A stretch of 64,000 bases of DNA from an uncultured Chlorobiaceae bacterium (GTDB taxonomy: Bacteria > Bacteroidota > Ignavibacteria > UBA10030 > SZUA-254): contig CAZFXS010000008.1 of the NCBI GenBank assembly GCA_964523395.1, forward strand, positions 74,693 to 138,692, given 5' to 3'. Position numbers and translations under genes: made by a program. Below the pieces are notes generated by a model. That model searched no databases. It saw nothing but the letters and a program-made list of their open reading frames with translations, and had not been told where the DNA came from. Of the stretch, positions 28,011 to 37,427 are shown in pieces. Every line of letters starts with the position of its first letter. Within the stretch, counting starts at the first letter, position 1.

Positions 28011-29528
28011 TTAATCTTTCCAGACATAAACACCCCCATTCTGATTTATTCTTTTTAGCCCAACTAACAATCTTTTATTTCCCTTGCTCACATCTACTAC
28101 ATTTGAAAAACCATGAGGCAAACCCATACTGACATCAACCCATTTACATTGCTCACACTTTGAACTGTATACTCCTAAACTCGATGATAGAATTGATTCA
28201 GAAGAATTGAATTGATTAAATTCCAAACCATTGTAACCATCGGCGCTGTCATTTACGGTAATGCGTGTCCAGGAAACACCGTTGTTTTTTGAGACGTAAA
28301 AACCTTGAAAGTCGACACTAGCATATACAACATTCGAATCTGACGGATCAACCTGAACTAATGTAACCACAGATTCGGTTTGACCTAATCCTGTAACACT
28401 CCAATTTGTCCCTCCATCTGTACTCTTAAGTAACAACCCTATCCCCGGAGTTCCGACATAGATAATATTTGGATTCCATGGATTGATAGCTATGCTTACA
28501 ACGCCCTCTCTTAAATAATTATTATTTGACGCAAGGTCGATCCATGTCGTTCCGGCATCAGTACTTTTGTATAAAGACCCTCCAAAAAAACCTCCGGTTC
28601 CGGCAAAAAGGATTGACGGGTTGTTTGGATCAATAGCCAAGCTTTGTAACCGAGTTTCAGGATCGATAAAGATATTACTCGCACTTTCAAACCATGATAC
28701 TCCGCCATCAATACTTTTATACAACGAAAAGGGAATCGTGTACATTGTGTCAGGATGTATAGGATTTAAAATAATATCAAGATAACTCCCGCCGATAAGC
28801 ATGGTATCCCATGAAACTCCCTGGTCAACAGACCTAAAAAGTTTACCGGGAATCCCTTCACTAAAATTATATTGAGAACCGACGAATATTACATTTGAAT
28901 CTGATGGATGTGTCTTAATTGAGACTATGGTTTCTTCTGTCAAACCAACCGACTCCCACCGACCCGTCGAAAACGTGCCGTTAATTTCAGTTCTTATCCA
29001 ATACCCTTTCCCGGGAATTATGGAATCCGTTATTTGATATCCTTTGTTGGGAGTATACGAATACAATACTGTGTGTTCTAGCATGTCAGGCAAAGGAATA
29101 ATACTATCGGTAGATATACTTTGCAAAAATGAGGAAACCATATTCCAGCCATTACCAACAGAGTAGGCTTCAACAAGTGGTTGTGTACCATTAATGAGGA
29201 AGGAATCATTGGAGGGAAACTTTATCCAGTAGCTCTTACCATACTGGAGTGTATCACTTTTCTTGTAGCCCCCATCAAACTCCCATGCCTGAGAAATTGC
29301 TGTTGGAAAAAGTGTGGTTACGCGCGAATCAGGGACTAGAAGCGGAATGGAAACAATATTCCATCCCGAATCAATCAATACATACATCGAGTCGAGAACT
29401 GTGCCTGATGATAAAACACGATTCTCAAGATCTCCACCAACGGCTGACATTACTTCTCTATGGGCAAAGGAACCATTAAACAGAAAAATCAAAGCTGCGG
29501 ACAAGCCGAATGAAAAATAAGGTTTCAT
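28011..29528 (-). CDS. BNR/Asp-box repeat secreted protein (glycosyl-hydrolase/sortilin-like beta-propeller)
   Basis: Signal peptide and multiple S-x-D-x-G-x-T/S-W repeats (SVDQGVSW, SIDGGVSW, STDAGTTW, STDGGTNW, SKNNGVSW). No T9SS tail was detected. Confidence 0.7.
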   Translation of the reverse strand: MKPYFSFGLSAALIFLFNGSFAHREVMSAVGGDLENRVLSSGTVLDSMYVLIDSGWNIVSIPLLVPDSRVTTLFPTAISQAWEFDGGYKKSDTLQYGKSYWIKFPSNDSFLINGTQPLVEAYSVGNGWNMVSSFLQSISTDSIIPLPDMLEHTVLYSYTPNKGYQITDSIIPGKGYWIRTEINGTFSTGRWESVGLTEETIVSIKTHPSDSNVIFVGSQYNFSEGIPGKLFRSVDQGVSWDTMLIGGSYLDIILNPIHPDTMYTIPFSLYKSIDGGVSWFESASNIFIDPETRLQSLAIDPNNPSILFAGTGGFFGGSLYKSTDAGTTWIDLASNNNYLREGVVSIAINPWNPNIIYVGTPGIGLLLKSTDGGTNWSVTGLGQTESVVTLVQVDPSDSNVVYASVDFQGFYVSKNNGVSWTRITVNDSADGYNGLEFNQFNSSESILSSSLGVYSSKCEQCKWVDVSMGLPHGFSNVVDVSKGNKRLLVGLKRINQNGGVYVWKD

Positions 29529-29589
29529 TTGTTTATTAAGTAAAAGTAAACTTCTGTAAAGTACATAAAATTAATTTCATTGCCACTAA

Positions 29590-29710
29590 CCCCACGATTT
29601 ATCGTGGGGTACAAGCAATCCCCAATTCCCGCCCAGTGGCTTCAGCCACTTACGCGGGGGTTAAAACCTATTAACCTACTTTCCCGCAACCCCCAAACTA
29701 AAGTTTGGGG
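29590..29710. repeat. cluster of three perfect GC-clamped hairpins (CCCCACGA-TTTA-TCGTGGGG; CCCGC..GTGGC-TTCA-GCCAC..GCGGG; CCCCAAAC-TAAA-GTTTGGGG)
   Basis: Read directly from the sequence. The same architecture recurs at 50453-50510 and 51351-51395. Confidence 0.6.
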
Positions 29711-29752
29711 TTACGTCCTATACTTCCACTAAAACTGCAAGATTAAATAGAG

Positions 29753-29807
29753 TCTCCATAATCCTATCATTCTTCCGTTTGAATTTCACCTATTTTTTCA
29801 GCATTTT
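29753..29807 (+). promoter_or_regulatory. conserved upstream motif TCTCCAT..CCGTTTGAATTTCACCTATTTTTTCAGCATTTT (copy A)
   Basis: About 31 of 34 nt identical to 37327-37367, and partly similar to 42981-43010. All copies lie upstream of plus-strand operons. Confidence 0.45.
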
Positions 29808-29830
29808 AGGGCTGGCAATATCAAATACTT

Positions 29831-30583
29831 ATGCTTCTTATAATTCCGGCAATAGAAATCAAAGGCGGCAAGTGTGTGCAGATGGTGCAGGGCATCGAGG
29901 GATTTGTCTATTCCGACGATCCCATCGAGATGGCGAAACTCTGGCGCAAGGAAAACGCGAAGTCGCTCCATGTCACCGACGTTGACGGCGCCATCGAAGG
30001 CCGCCTTGTCAACTTCGATGTCATCGAACGGATGGTGAAGACCGTCGATATTCCGGTTGAACTGGGCGGCGGGTTGCGGACATTCGAAGAAATAAAAAGA
30101 GCATTCGACGCAGGCATCTACCGCGTTGTCATCAGCACAATGGTCATCGAAAACCCCGACGAAGCCAAACGCATCATCGAAACATACGGTCCGAGCAAAG
30201 TCATTCTCGGCATCGACGCGAAAAACGGTATTGTAAAGACAAAAGGGTGGGCGGCAGATTCAGGTCTTACGGCAATCAGTGTCGCGCTTAACGCCAAGGC
30301 TCTTGGTTTTAAACGCGTCGCGTATACCGACATCCTCCTCTCCGGCATGATGCGCGGCGTCAACATGGACGCGCTTCATACGCTCGCCGAAAAGACCGGC
30401 ATGCGCATTACCGCTTCGGGCGGCATTTCAAGTCTTGATGATCTTTTGAAATTACAGGAGATGGAATCACTTGGCGTGGACTCGGTCGTCATCGGCAGGG
30501 CATTGTATGAAAATAAATTCGCCTGCCAGGAGTTGTGGAGATTGTGCGAGGCCGGAAATTATCCGTACACCGCAAAGATTTAG
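29831..30583 (+). CDS. hisA: HisA-family (beta/alpha)8 isomerase (ProFAR isomerase-like)
   Basis: N-terminus IIPAIEIKGGKCVQMVQG...VYSDDPIEMAKLW...LHVTDVDGA and a C-terminal GVDSVVIGRALYE motif, both typical of HisA. No other his genes are nearby. Confidence 0.6.
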   Translation: MLLIIPAIEIKGGKCVQMVQGIEGFVYSDDPIEMAKLWRKENAKSLHVTDVDGAIEGRLVNFDVIERMVKTVDIPVELGGGLRTFEEIKRAFDAGIYRVVISTMVIENPDEAKRIIETYGPSKVILGIDAKNGIVKTKGWAADSGLTAISVALNAKALGFKRVAYTDILLSGMMRGVNMDALHTLAEKTGMRITASGGISSLDDLLKLQEMESLGVDSVVIGRALYENKFACQELWRLCEAGNYPYTAKI

Positions 30584-30586
30584 AAC

Positions 30587-31525
30587 ATGACTATCACCGT
30601 CATAGGCCACCTCTGTCTCGACGTCATCCACCACGCTGACGGATCGGAAACGCAAAGTTACGGCGGAATATTTTTCTCCGTCGCGGCACTGGCAAACCTG
30701 CTCGGCCCCGGTGACACCATCCATCCCGTCTTTGGCGTCGGCAAAGATGAGTATCAAGCGTTCATTGAACGTCTCGAACCGTACCCGAACATTGACACTT
30801 CTGGTATTTACAAATTTAACGGTCCCACAAATCAGGTATCCCTCCACTATAAAGACAAGCGAGAGCGGATCGAGTGCTCCAAACATATCTCGGAACCAAT
30901 TCCCCTCAAAAAAATCCGGCCGTATCTCGACGCGGATATGATTCTAATTAACATGATTTCCGGTTTTGACATCACACTCGAAACGCTTGATGAAATTCGG
31001 ATGGAAGTCCGCGAACAGCACACTCCCGTTTATATTGACATTCATAGCTTAACGCTCGGAATCAAAGACGATTTCACGCGCTTTCACCGCCCGGTAGAGC
31101 TATGGCGGCGGTGGCTGTTCATGCTTCACGGCGCGCAGATGAACGAAGAAGAGGCCGCGATTCTCGCGACGGAAAAACTCGACGAAGCAAATCTTGCCAA
31201 ACATATCCTCGCTCTTAATACCAAAACACTCATCGTAACCCGCGGTGAACGCGGTTGCACGGCATACGTCGATGACAAGAAACATATTCATAGAACGGAC
31301 ATCGACGGCATCAATGCCGGCGGAAGCGAAGACCCGACCGGTTGCGGCGACGTATTCGCGGCGGCATACTCAGCGCATTACCTTATGACAAAGGATGTTG
31401 AGGCATCTGCCAACTTTGCCAACAAAGTCGCCGCGCAGAAATCCACAATGAACGGCTCCAACGATATCGACAACCTTTCCACCTTCCGCCTGTCCAAATC
31501 ATCATTGAAAGAAAAAACAGCATGA
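30587..31525 (+). CDS. PfkB-family carbohydrate/nucleoside kinase
   Basis: Ribokinase-like fold with the conserved anion-hole motif (GCGDVFAAAY) and an N-terminal GG dipeptide region. Confidence 0.8.
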   Translation: MTITVIGHLCLDVIHHADGSETQSYGGIFFSVAALANLLGPGDTIHPVFGVGKDEYQAFIERLEPYPNIDTSGIYKFNGPTNQVSLHYKDKRERIECSKHISEPIPLKKIRPYLDADMILINMISGFDITLETLDEIRMEVREQHTPVYIDIHSLTLGIKDDFTRFHRPVELWRRWLFMLHGAQMNEEEAAILATEKLDEANLAKHILALNTKTLIVTRGERGCTAYVDDKKHIHRTDIDGINAGGSEDPTGCGDVFAAAYSAHYLMTKDVEASANFANKVAAQKSTMNGSNDIDNLSTFRLSKSSLKEKTA

Positions 31526-32259
31526 ACATCGCCCTCATCGGATACGGCAAGATGGGAAAAGAAATTGAACGGATTGCGAAAGAACGCCGCATCGCTGTAA
31601 AGAAAATATTTGAGGAGAAGGATAACCTGAACGGACGGGGTATTACGAAAGAGTCAATGAAAGGAATTGACGTTTGCATCGAGTTCTCATCGCCTGCGGC
31701 ATGCGTCGGCAACATCAAAGCTGTCGCGGAATGCGGTGTTAATATCGTCGTCGGAACCACCGGATGGTACGAGCGGCTAGATGATGTGAAGAGACTCATT
31801 AAATCAAAAAAGACCGGGTTGCTTTACTCGCCGAATTTTTCCTTAGGCATGAATGTTTTTGCTAAACTTGTGTCTGATGCCGCGCAGATGATGGATAAAC
31901 TCGATATGTACGACGCCGCGTTACACGAAATCCATCACAAAGGAAAAGCCGACAGTCCCAGCGGCACGGCCCTCATGCTCGGACAAACAATGCTTCAGCA
32001 GATGAAGCGTAAGAAAGAGATCCTGCAGGAAACATCCCACAAAACAATCAAGCCGGATCAATTGCACATTACTTCCGCACGCGTCGGAAATGTTGTCGGC
32101 AAACATCAGGTGATGTTCGATTCCGAGGCCGACACCATCGAACTGACTCACAACGCCAAGAACCGCACCGGCTTCGCTCTCGGCGCGCTCGTTGCGGCTG
32201 AGTGGCTCAAAGGCAAAAAAGGTGTTTATACAATGAACGATGTCATGGCATCACTATGA
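31522..32259 (+). CDS. dapB: 4-hydroxy-tetrahydrodipicolinate reductase
   Basis: N-terminal NAD(P)-binding motif (IALIGYGKMGKEI) and the E.HHKGK.DSPSGTA catalytic block. Confidence 0.9.
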   Translation: MNIALIGYGKMGKEIERIAKERRIAVKKIFEEKDNLNGRGITKESMKGIDVCIEFSSPAACVGNIKAVAECGVNIVVGTTGWYERLDDVKRLIKSKKTGLLYSPNFSLGMNVFAKLVSDAAQMMDKLDMYDAALHEIHHKGKADSPSGTALMLGQTMLQQMKRKKEILQETSHKTIKPDQLHITSARVGNVVGKHQVMFDSEADTIELTHNAKNRTGFALGALVAAEWLKGKKGVYTMNDVMASL

Positions 32260-32879
32260 GCATGATGTTTGTTCTTCTGATTCCATGGTTTTTAAGTACT
32301 TCATGTGAACAAGAATTCACATTACTTGGGTTTATATTGGGAGAACCGTCAACGTTTTGGATTCTTGAAGATGTGGGCGGTGAGTGTAATTATTCCCGCC
32401 TGATCCAAATTTCTTTAAGTAAGGATAGAAAGATTAATGAAGGTGCAAGTTTCTTTGCTCAATACAAGCAGACTAAAAAGTTTCAAGAATCTATTTCGGA
32501 GCTAAACCATGTTAATGTTGATACGTTAATTTCTAAAAATGGGAGGCTAACAGTTCCTTCCAAATCATGGTTATTATCACCACCACCTCTTAACGATTCA
32601 TTATATGGTGAATATTCATATAATGCTAATGCGAATTTTACCCCCGCTCAATGGAATACCGAGAAAGCGGTCAAGGGGATAATGCAACCTAATTTTGAAA
32701 ATTGTACTAGTCAATTACTTTACATATATCCCAACGGCTTGTATGTTAATTATGATTTTGATAAGGGATATTATCTTAGAGATAGAGGTTTGATTATCAT
32801 ATTTACCAAAAATCAACATCGTGGTTCTGGATTAGATTCAATGTATGGATTTCTTATTTATCAGGTTAAGGATGTTTAG
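32256..32879 (+). CDS. hypothetical secreted/lipoprotein (AT-rich orphan inserted in dap operon)
   Basis: Signal-peptide-like N-terminus (MSMMFVLLIPWFLSTSC). Composition is markedly more AT-rich than the flanking dap genes. No recognisable family hallmarks. Confidence 0.45.
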   Translation: MSMMFVLLIPWFLSTSCEQEFTLLGFILGEPSTFWILEDVGGECNYSRLIQISLSKDRKINEGASFFAQYKQTKKFQESISELNHVNVDTLISKNGRLTVPSKSWLLSPPPLNDSLYGEYSYNANANFTPAQWNTEKAVKGIMQPNFENCTSQLLYIYPNGLYVNYDFDKGYYLRDRGLIIIFTKNQHRGSGLDSMYGFLIYQVKDV

Positions 32880-32881
32880 GT

Positions 32882-33778
32882 ATGAAGAACAATAAACTGA
32901 TTTTTAAAGGAACAGGAACCGCACTCGTAACACCGTTTACTGACAGCGGGTCAATCGATGAGCGCGCATTGCGCAGACTTGTTGATTTCCAGATAAAAAA
33001 CGGCGTTGAAGCGTTGCTTCCCACAGGCACCACAGGTGAAAGCGTAACACTTTCGGACGACGAACAATATCATGTCGTTTCAATTGTGGCTGAACAAACC
33101 CGCAACCGTATACCGGTCATTGCCGGTGCGGGAAGTAATTCCACCGAAAAAGCTATTTCCCTTTCAAAGAAAATGCTTGCCGCGGGTGCAGATGGCATAC
33201 TTTCCGTCGGGCCCTACTATAATAAGCCGACGCAGGAAGGGTATTTCCGCCATTACGAAGCAATAGCTTCCTCTATCGATGCTCCTATAATAGTGTACAA
33301 CGTCCCGGGACGAACCGCCTCCAACATCGAACCCGAAACCACATTGCGTATCGCCGAAGAACTTCCCTCCGTTGCCGGCATCAAGGAAGCTTCCGCTAAC
33401 TTTACACAGATCATGGAAATATTGAAACATCGCCCGGCTGGATTTGGTGTTTGGTCGGGGGATGATTCTATCACACTCCCATTGGTTGCACTTGGCGCGG
33501 ACGGAGTTGTCTCCGTTGTTTCAAACGAAACTCCGAAAATGTTTTCCGAACTGGTACGTCTTGCTTTGCGCGGAAAGTTTGCCGAAGCAAATAAACTCCA
33601 GTACAAATTGCTGGCGCTGATGAATTTCAACTTTGTCGAATCAAACCCGATCCCTGTCAAAGCCGCACTCGCGGCGATGGGCATGATTAAAGAGCAGTAC
33701 CGCCTGCCGCTTGTTCCTCTCAGTCAGAAGCATCACCCGAAGCTGAAAGCAATACTGAAAGAGCTGGGGCTGATATAA
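32882..33778 (+). CDS. dapA: 4-hydroxy-tetrahydrodipicolinate synthase
   Basis: DHDPS blocks: GTTGE, the Schiff-base Lys region (AGIKEAS) and YNVPGRT. Confidence 0.9.
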   Translation: MKNNKLIFKGTGTALVTPFTDSGSIDERALRRLVDFQIKNGVEALLPTGTTGESVTLSDDEQYHVVSIVAEQTRNRIPVIAGAGSNSTEKAISLSKKMLAAGADGILSVGPYYNKPTQEGYFRHYEAIASSIDAPIIVYNVPGRTASNIEPETTLRIAEELPSVAGIKEASANFTQIMEILKHRPAGFGVWSGDDSITLPLVALGADGVVSVVSNETPKMFSELVRLALRGKFAEANKLQYKLLALMNFNFVESNPIPVKAALAAMGMIKEQYRLPLVPLSQKHHPKLKAILKELGLI

Positions 33779-34608
33779 TGATACTTGAACAAATCATCAA
33801 CCGGTTGTTTGAGTTCTCCGCGGAAACCGTTGACATCGAAGATGCGCGCCTCGCTGTTCAGCAGTTAAAAGATTTGCTGAACAAAGGTGAAGTCCGCGCC
33901 GCAGAGTATCACGCAGGAACATGGCGGGTCAACACATGGGTGAAAAAAGGAATCCTTCTGGCATTCCGCGTCGGGAAAATTGTGGAATCCACTGACAGCA
34001 TCTTTTCATTTTTCGATAAAGATACGATTCCTCTTAAAAGACTATCGGTAAATGACCGCGTCCGCATCGTGCCGGGCGGCAGTACAATCCGCGACGGCGC
34101 GTATGTGGCGCCGGGCGTTGTCATGATGCCGCCGGCGTATGTCAACATCGGCGCATACATTGACGAGAATACAATGATCGACTCTCATGCGCTCGTGGGT
34201 TCGTGCGCGCAAATCGGGAAGCGTGTTCACCTGAGCGCGGCGGCGCAAATCGGCGGCGTGCTTGAACCGATTGGCTCGATGCCTGTTATAATAGAGGATG
34301 ATGTGTTCATGGGCGGCAATACCGGTATTTATGAAGGAACGATCGTGAAACGCCGCGCCGTTATCGGCGCGGGAGTGATATTGACCGGTTCGACACCTGT
34401 GTATGATTTGGTGAACAAAAAAATCTACAAGAAATCCCCCGATGCACCGCTTGTTATTCCCGCAGGCGCCGTGGTTATTCCCGGCAACCGGCATATCCAT
34501 GACCCGTTCGCAAAGGAACATCACCTCTCGATTTACGCGCCGATCATTATTAAATACCGTGACGAGAAAACCGATGCCGCAACCGTACTCGAAGAAGGAT
34601 TGCGATGA
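33778..34608 (+). CDS. dapD: 2,3,4,5-tetrahydropyridine-2,6-dicarboxylate N-acyltransferase (DapD-like)
   Basis: N-terminal helical domain followed by left-handed beta-helix hexapeptide repeats. It lies in the dapB-dapA context. Whether it is a succinyl- or acetyl-transferase was not resolved. Confidence 0.7.
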   Translation: MILEQIINRLFEFSAETVDIEDARLAVQQLKDLLNKGEVRAAEYHAGTWRVNTWVKKGILLAFRVGKIVESTDSIFSFFDKDTIPLKRLSVNDRVRIVPGGSTIRDGAYVAPGVVMMPPAYVNIGAYIDENTMIDSHALVGSCAQIGKRVHLSAAAQIGGVLEPIGSMPVIIEDDVFMGGNTGIYEGTIVKRRAVIGAGVILTGSTPVYDLVNKKIYKKSPDAPLVIPAGAVVIPGNRHIHDPFAKEHHLSIYAPIIIKYRDEKTDAATVLEEGLR

Positions 34609-35546
34609 GCCAGCCGGTTGTACGTGTGCTTATCACGGGCAGTAACGGACTGCTCGGGCAAAAGCTCACCGAATTATTTTCCCACATCAGTTCATTCAAC
34701 TTGATGCTCTGCTCGCGGCAGGATCAGTCTGTGTTTCCCGAGGAAACTCTCACCTACCGGAAGCTCGATATCACCAGCAGAACCGACGTCAAGAAAGTTA
34801 TTGAAGAATTCGAGCCGGATGTGATTGTCAATTCCGCCGCTATCACCAATGTGGACGCGTGCGAAACGGAACGTGAGGTGGCATGGCGGATTAACGTCAG
34901 TGGTGTAGAAAATATTGTGCAGGCGGCAAAGCTGACCGGCTCCAAACTGATTCATGTTTCCACCGATTATGTGTTTGACGGGAAAACCGGACCGTACTCC
35001 GAAGTTGACCGCCCGAACCCGATGAGTTATTACGGCAGGACAAAGCTTGCGAGCGAGAATGTTATCACCACCAGCGGTATTCCTCACGCCATCGTAAGAA
35101 CGATGGTGCTGTATGGGATTGGCTATGGAGTAAAACTCAATTTCGCGCTCTGGCTGTTACGCGAGTTAAGCCAGGAAAATCCCGTGCGTGTTGTTGACGA
35201 CCAGGTCTGTAATCCCACACTTGCCGATGACCTTGCCTACGCGATATTAAAGATTATCGAGTTGAATCGCACAGGACTTTACCACGTCTCCGGCTCCGAC
35301 CTGATGAGTCGCTACGAGTTCGCAATGATGCTCGCGCGCGCGTTCCGCTACAACCGCCGGCTGATAACTCCGGTAAAAACCGCAACACTAAAACAACCCG
35401 CCGTGCGACCGTTGAGGTCAGGGTTTGTCACATTAAAAGCGCAGGTTGATCTTGGCATAAAACCTTCCGGTGTTGAGCAGGGGTTGACGATTTTTAAGAA
35501 TCAGGTGAGTACTTATAGTAAGGAAGAGAATAGTGTTGATCAATAA
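34605..35546 (+). CDS. NAD(P)-dependent sugar-nucleotide reductase, dTDP-4-dehydrorhamnose reductase (RmlD)-like
   Basis: Rossmann motif [11 protein letters not shown], a catalytic YGRTK (YxxxK), and an RmlD-like length. The sugar specificity is not established. Confidence 0.6.
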   Translation: MSQPVVRVLITGSNGLLGQKLTELFSHISSFNLMLCSRQDQSVFPEETLTYRKLDITSRTDVKKVIEEFEPDVIVNSAAITNVDACETEREVAWRINVSGVENIVQAAKLTGSKLIHVSTDYVFDGKTGPYSEVDRPNPMSYYGRTKLASENVITTSGIPHAIVRTMVLYGIGYGVKLNFALWLLRELSQENPVRVVDDQVCNPTLADDLAYAILKIIELNRTGLYHVSGSDLMSRYEFAMMLARAFRYNRRLITPVKTATLKQPAVRPLRSGFVTLKAQVDLGIKPSGVEQGLTIFKNQVSTYSKEENSVDQ

Positions 35547-35698
35547 ATAGTTTTTTTTAACACCTTCTCTCCGGCGCTGGCTCACTTTAGGTGAGATTGG
35601 CTCAGTTAGATTTATCCGACAATTACTAGAAAGAGCATGATAAAAGCCCCGATGCCAACGCCCACTATCATTGGAATAATAATTTGTAAAACCATTTC

Positions 35699-36328
35699 AT
35701 GAAGCCCAAAATGCAAATTCTTATTTATGTTGTTGCGAGTCTTAGTGCAATCGTCCTGGCTGTTGGTGGATACGTTTTCGTTTTTCATAAGTCTGCCTCG
35801 ATCTGGATATTCTTCGGAGGAATAGTCTTGGGATTTCTTGCGTTAGCACTTGTCTTGCAAGAAAAAGTTTGGAAAGATAATGAAGCATCTTTGAAAAAGG
35901 AGTATGCTCCGTATGTTAGTTTTCGGGACATAGAATTGATTTCATTTGAAGCTGGTAAGATTCCAACAGCCAAATTGACCTTTAAGAATATTTCTACGGA
36001 CACTCCGGCGTTTCGCTCCTACGTTGAAACTCATATGTCGTTCAGAGCTACTAAGGCTTTCACCGGATTTATGCCACCCAAGTCCACAGAACAACCAACT
36101 AAAGTAGATGTAATGCCCCAAAACGAAATATTTGGATGGGCTACCGGTCCAGTTCTTACGCCTGAACACATACAGGCAGTTAAGGATACCTCGGGATGGC
36201 TCTTTGTTTATGGGTTTATCGCTTACCAAGACCCACTCGGAATAGACCACAAGACCGAATACTGCGTTAGATATGAGCCCGATGTGGGCTCTTTCGGTTA
36301 CTGTGAATCGAATAACACGGCGAAATGA
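35699..36328 (+). CDS. hypothetical membrane protein
   Basis: Two N-terminal TM helices followed by a soluble domain. Composition is AT-rich. No recognisable family hallmarks. Confidence 0.45.
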   Translation: MKPKMQILIYVVASLSAIVLAVGGYVFVFHKSASIWIFFGGIVLGFLALALVLQEKVWKDNEASLKKEYAPYVSFRDIELISFEAGKIPTAKLTFKNISTDTPAFRSYVETHMSFRATKAFTGFMPPKSTEQPTKVDVMPQNEIFGWATGPVLTPEHIQAVKDTSGWLFVYGFIAYQDPLGIDHKTEYCVRYEPDVGSFGYCESNNTAK

Positions 36329-36389
36329 ACATCGCTTATTTTGATACGGAGAGGGAAGCGAGATTTTCAAAACAACTTCCCCTGACCAG

Positions 36390-37253
36390 GTGAAACCAAA
36401 CTACGCCGTCCTCGCTAACATCAAGGTGAACCAAATGAGCCTCTTGAACCTCTCCAGAACCCCTTATCCACATTCCTGTAATTCTTTCTCCCACTCTATC
36501 GCGAAAATATCTTGCCTGATATTTCTGACACTCACCCTTTGCAATATTGCAGATAGTCAAGTTGACAGCTCTGGAACCGCTCTTTTCATATTGCTCAATA
36601 AGGGCAGACTGACAATTGCCACTGAAAGAGGTGTCGGAAGCGGGGGCAAAGTAACTGCAATGAAGGAATCGAAGATCAACGAGGTTAACGGAACCTACAT
36701 TACTGCAACTGGATACTCCACCTTTAGTGATGTTTTGGATACTATTCGCACCGATACCACCCTCACGCTTAAAGAACAGGTTGCCAAGTTTGAGGCTCTT
36801 ATCACGCCAAGACTTACCGCTTATTGCGAAAGGAGCATCAAGAAAGACGGGATTAAATATTTTGACAACGATAGGAACGGAGACCCGCTTTTCATTTTTT
36901 TCGCTAGACGAGCCAAAAGCCAAATAGTTTATATAGCTCTGACTTTTAGAATGGTGGCCGAAGATGGGGGCTACGTTCTTAAGCCTTTCTTTGATAGCTG
37001 TCTTGACTCTATGTGTGCTTCTCAAACGTTTTACACCATCCAACCCTCCACCGCCCTTCAGCAATTCCCAGACTCTACGCTCGAAAGACTTTGGAGGAAC
37101 GAACCCGCCATGCTCTGTTGTTCTTTCATACGCAAGGCTATTGATATGGAACCTAAAAAATACCTTGCCCCAATAGACGTGCTCTTAATTACCCCCGAAA
37201 GCGCACGGTGGTATCTTGATGTGAAAGATTGCAAGAATATAAAATACGAGTAA
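36390..37253 (+). CDS. hypothetical secreted protein
   Basis: Internal signal-peptide-like segment (ISCLIFLTLTLC). Composition is AT-rich. No recognisable family hallmarks. The start is uncertain (36390 or 36435). Confidence 0.4.
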   Translation: MKPNYAVLANIKVNQMSLLNLSRTPYPHSCNSFSHSIAKISCLIFLTLTLCNIADSQVDSSGTALFILLNKGRLTIATERGVGSGGKVTAMKESKINEVNGTYITATGYSTFSDVLDTIRTDTTLTLKEQVAKFEALITPRLTAYCERSIKKDGIKYFDNDRNGDPLFIFFARRAKSQIVYIALTFRMVAEDGGYVLKPFFDSCLDSMCASQTFYTIQPSTALQQFPDSTLERLWRNEPAMLCCSFIRKAIDMEPKKYLAPIDVLLITPESARWYLDVKDCKNIKYE

Positions 37254-37326
37254 GGCCACTCTTATTGGGACGAGTTCTCCCTCATTTCAAACTGAACCAA
37301 TCTTAATCATAATGAGCCAGTACCCT

Positions 37327-37367
37327 CTCTCCATTTCGTTTGAATTTCACCTGTTTTTTCACCATTT
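37327..37367 (+). promoter_or_regulatory. conserved upstream motif TCTCCATTTCGTTTGAATTTCACCTGTTTTTTCACCATTTT (copy B)
   Basis: See copy A at 29753-29807. This copy lies 60 bp upstream of the serS start. Confidence 0.45.
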
Positions 37368-37427
37368 TGGTTTTGCTTTAACATACATTTCTGCTGTAAT
37401 TCGCTCAAACAAAGGAAAAACATATTC

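Noticed and set aside
29530-29830. Possible lysine (L-box) or other riboswitch in the structured 300-bp leader before the hisA-pfkB-dap operon.
   Set aside because: The hairpins are simple perfect palindromes without the multi-stem junction and conserved core sequences I recall for L-box or other riboswitches. The same hairpin type recurs in non-leader positions.
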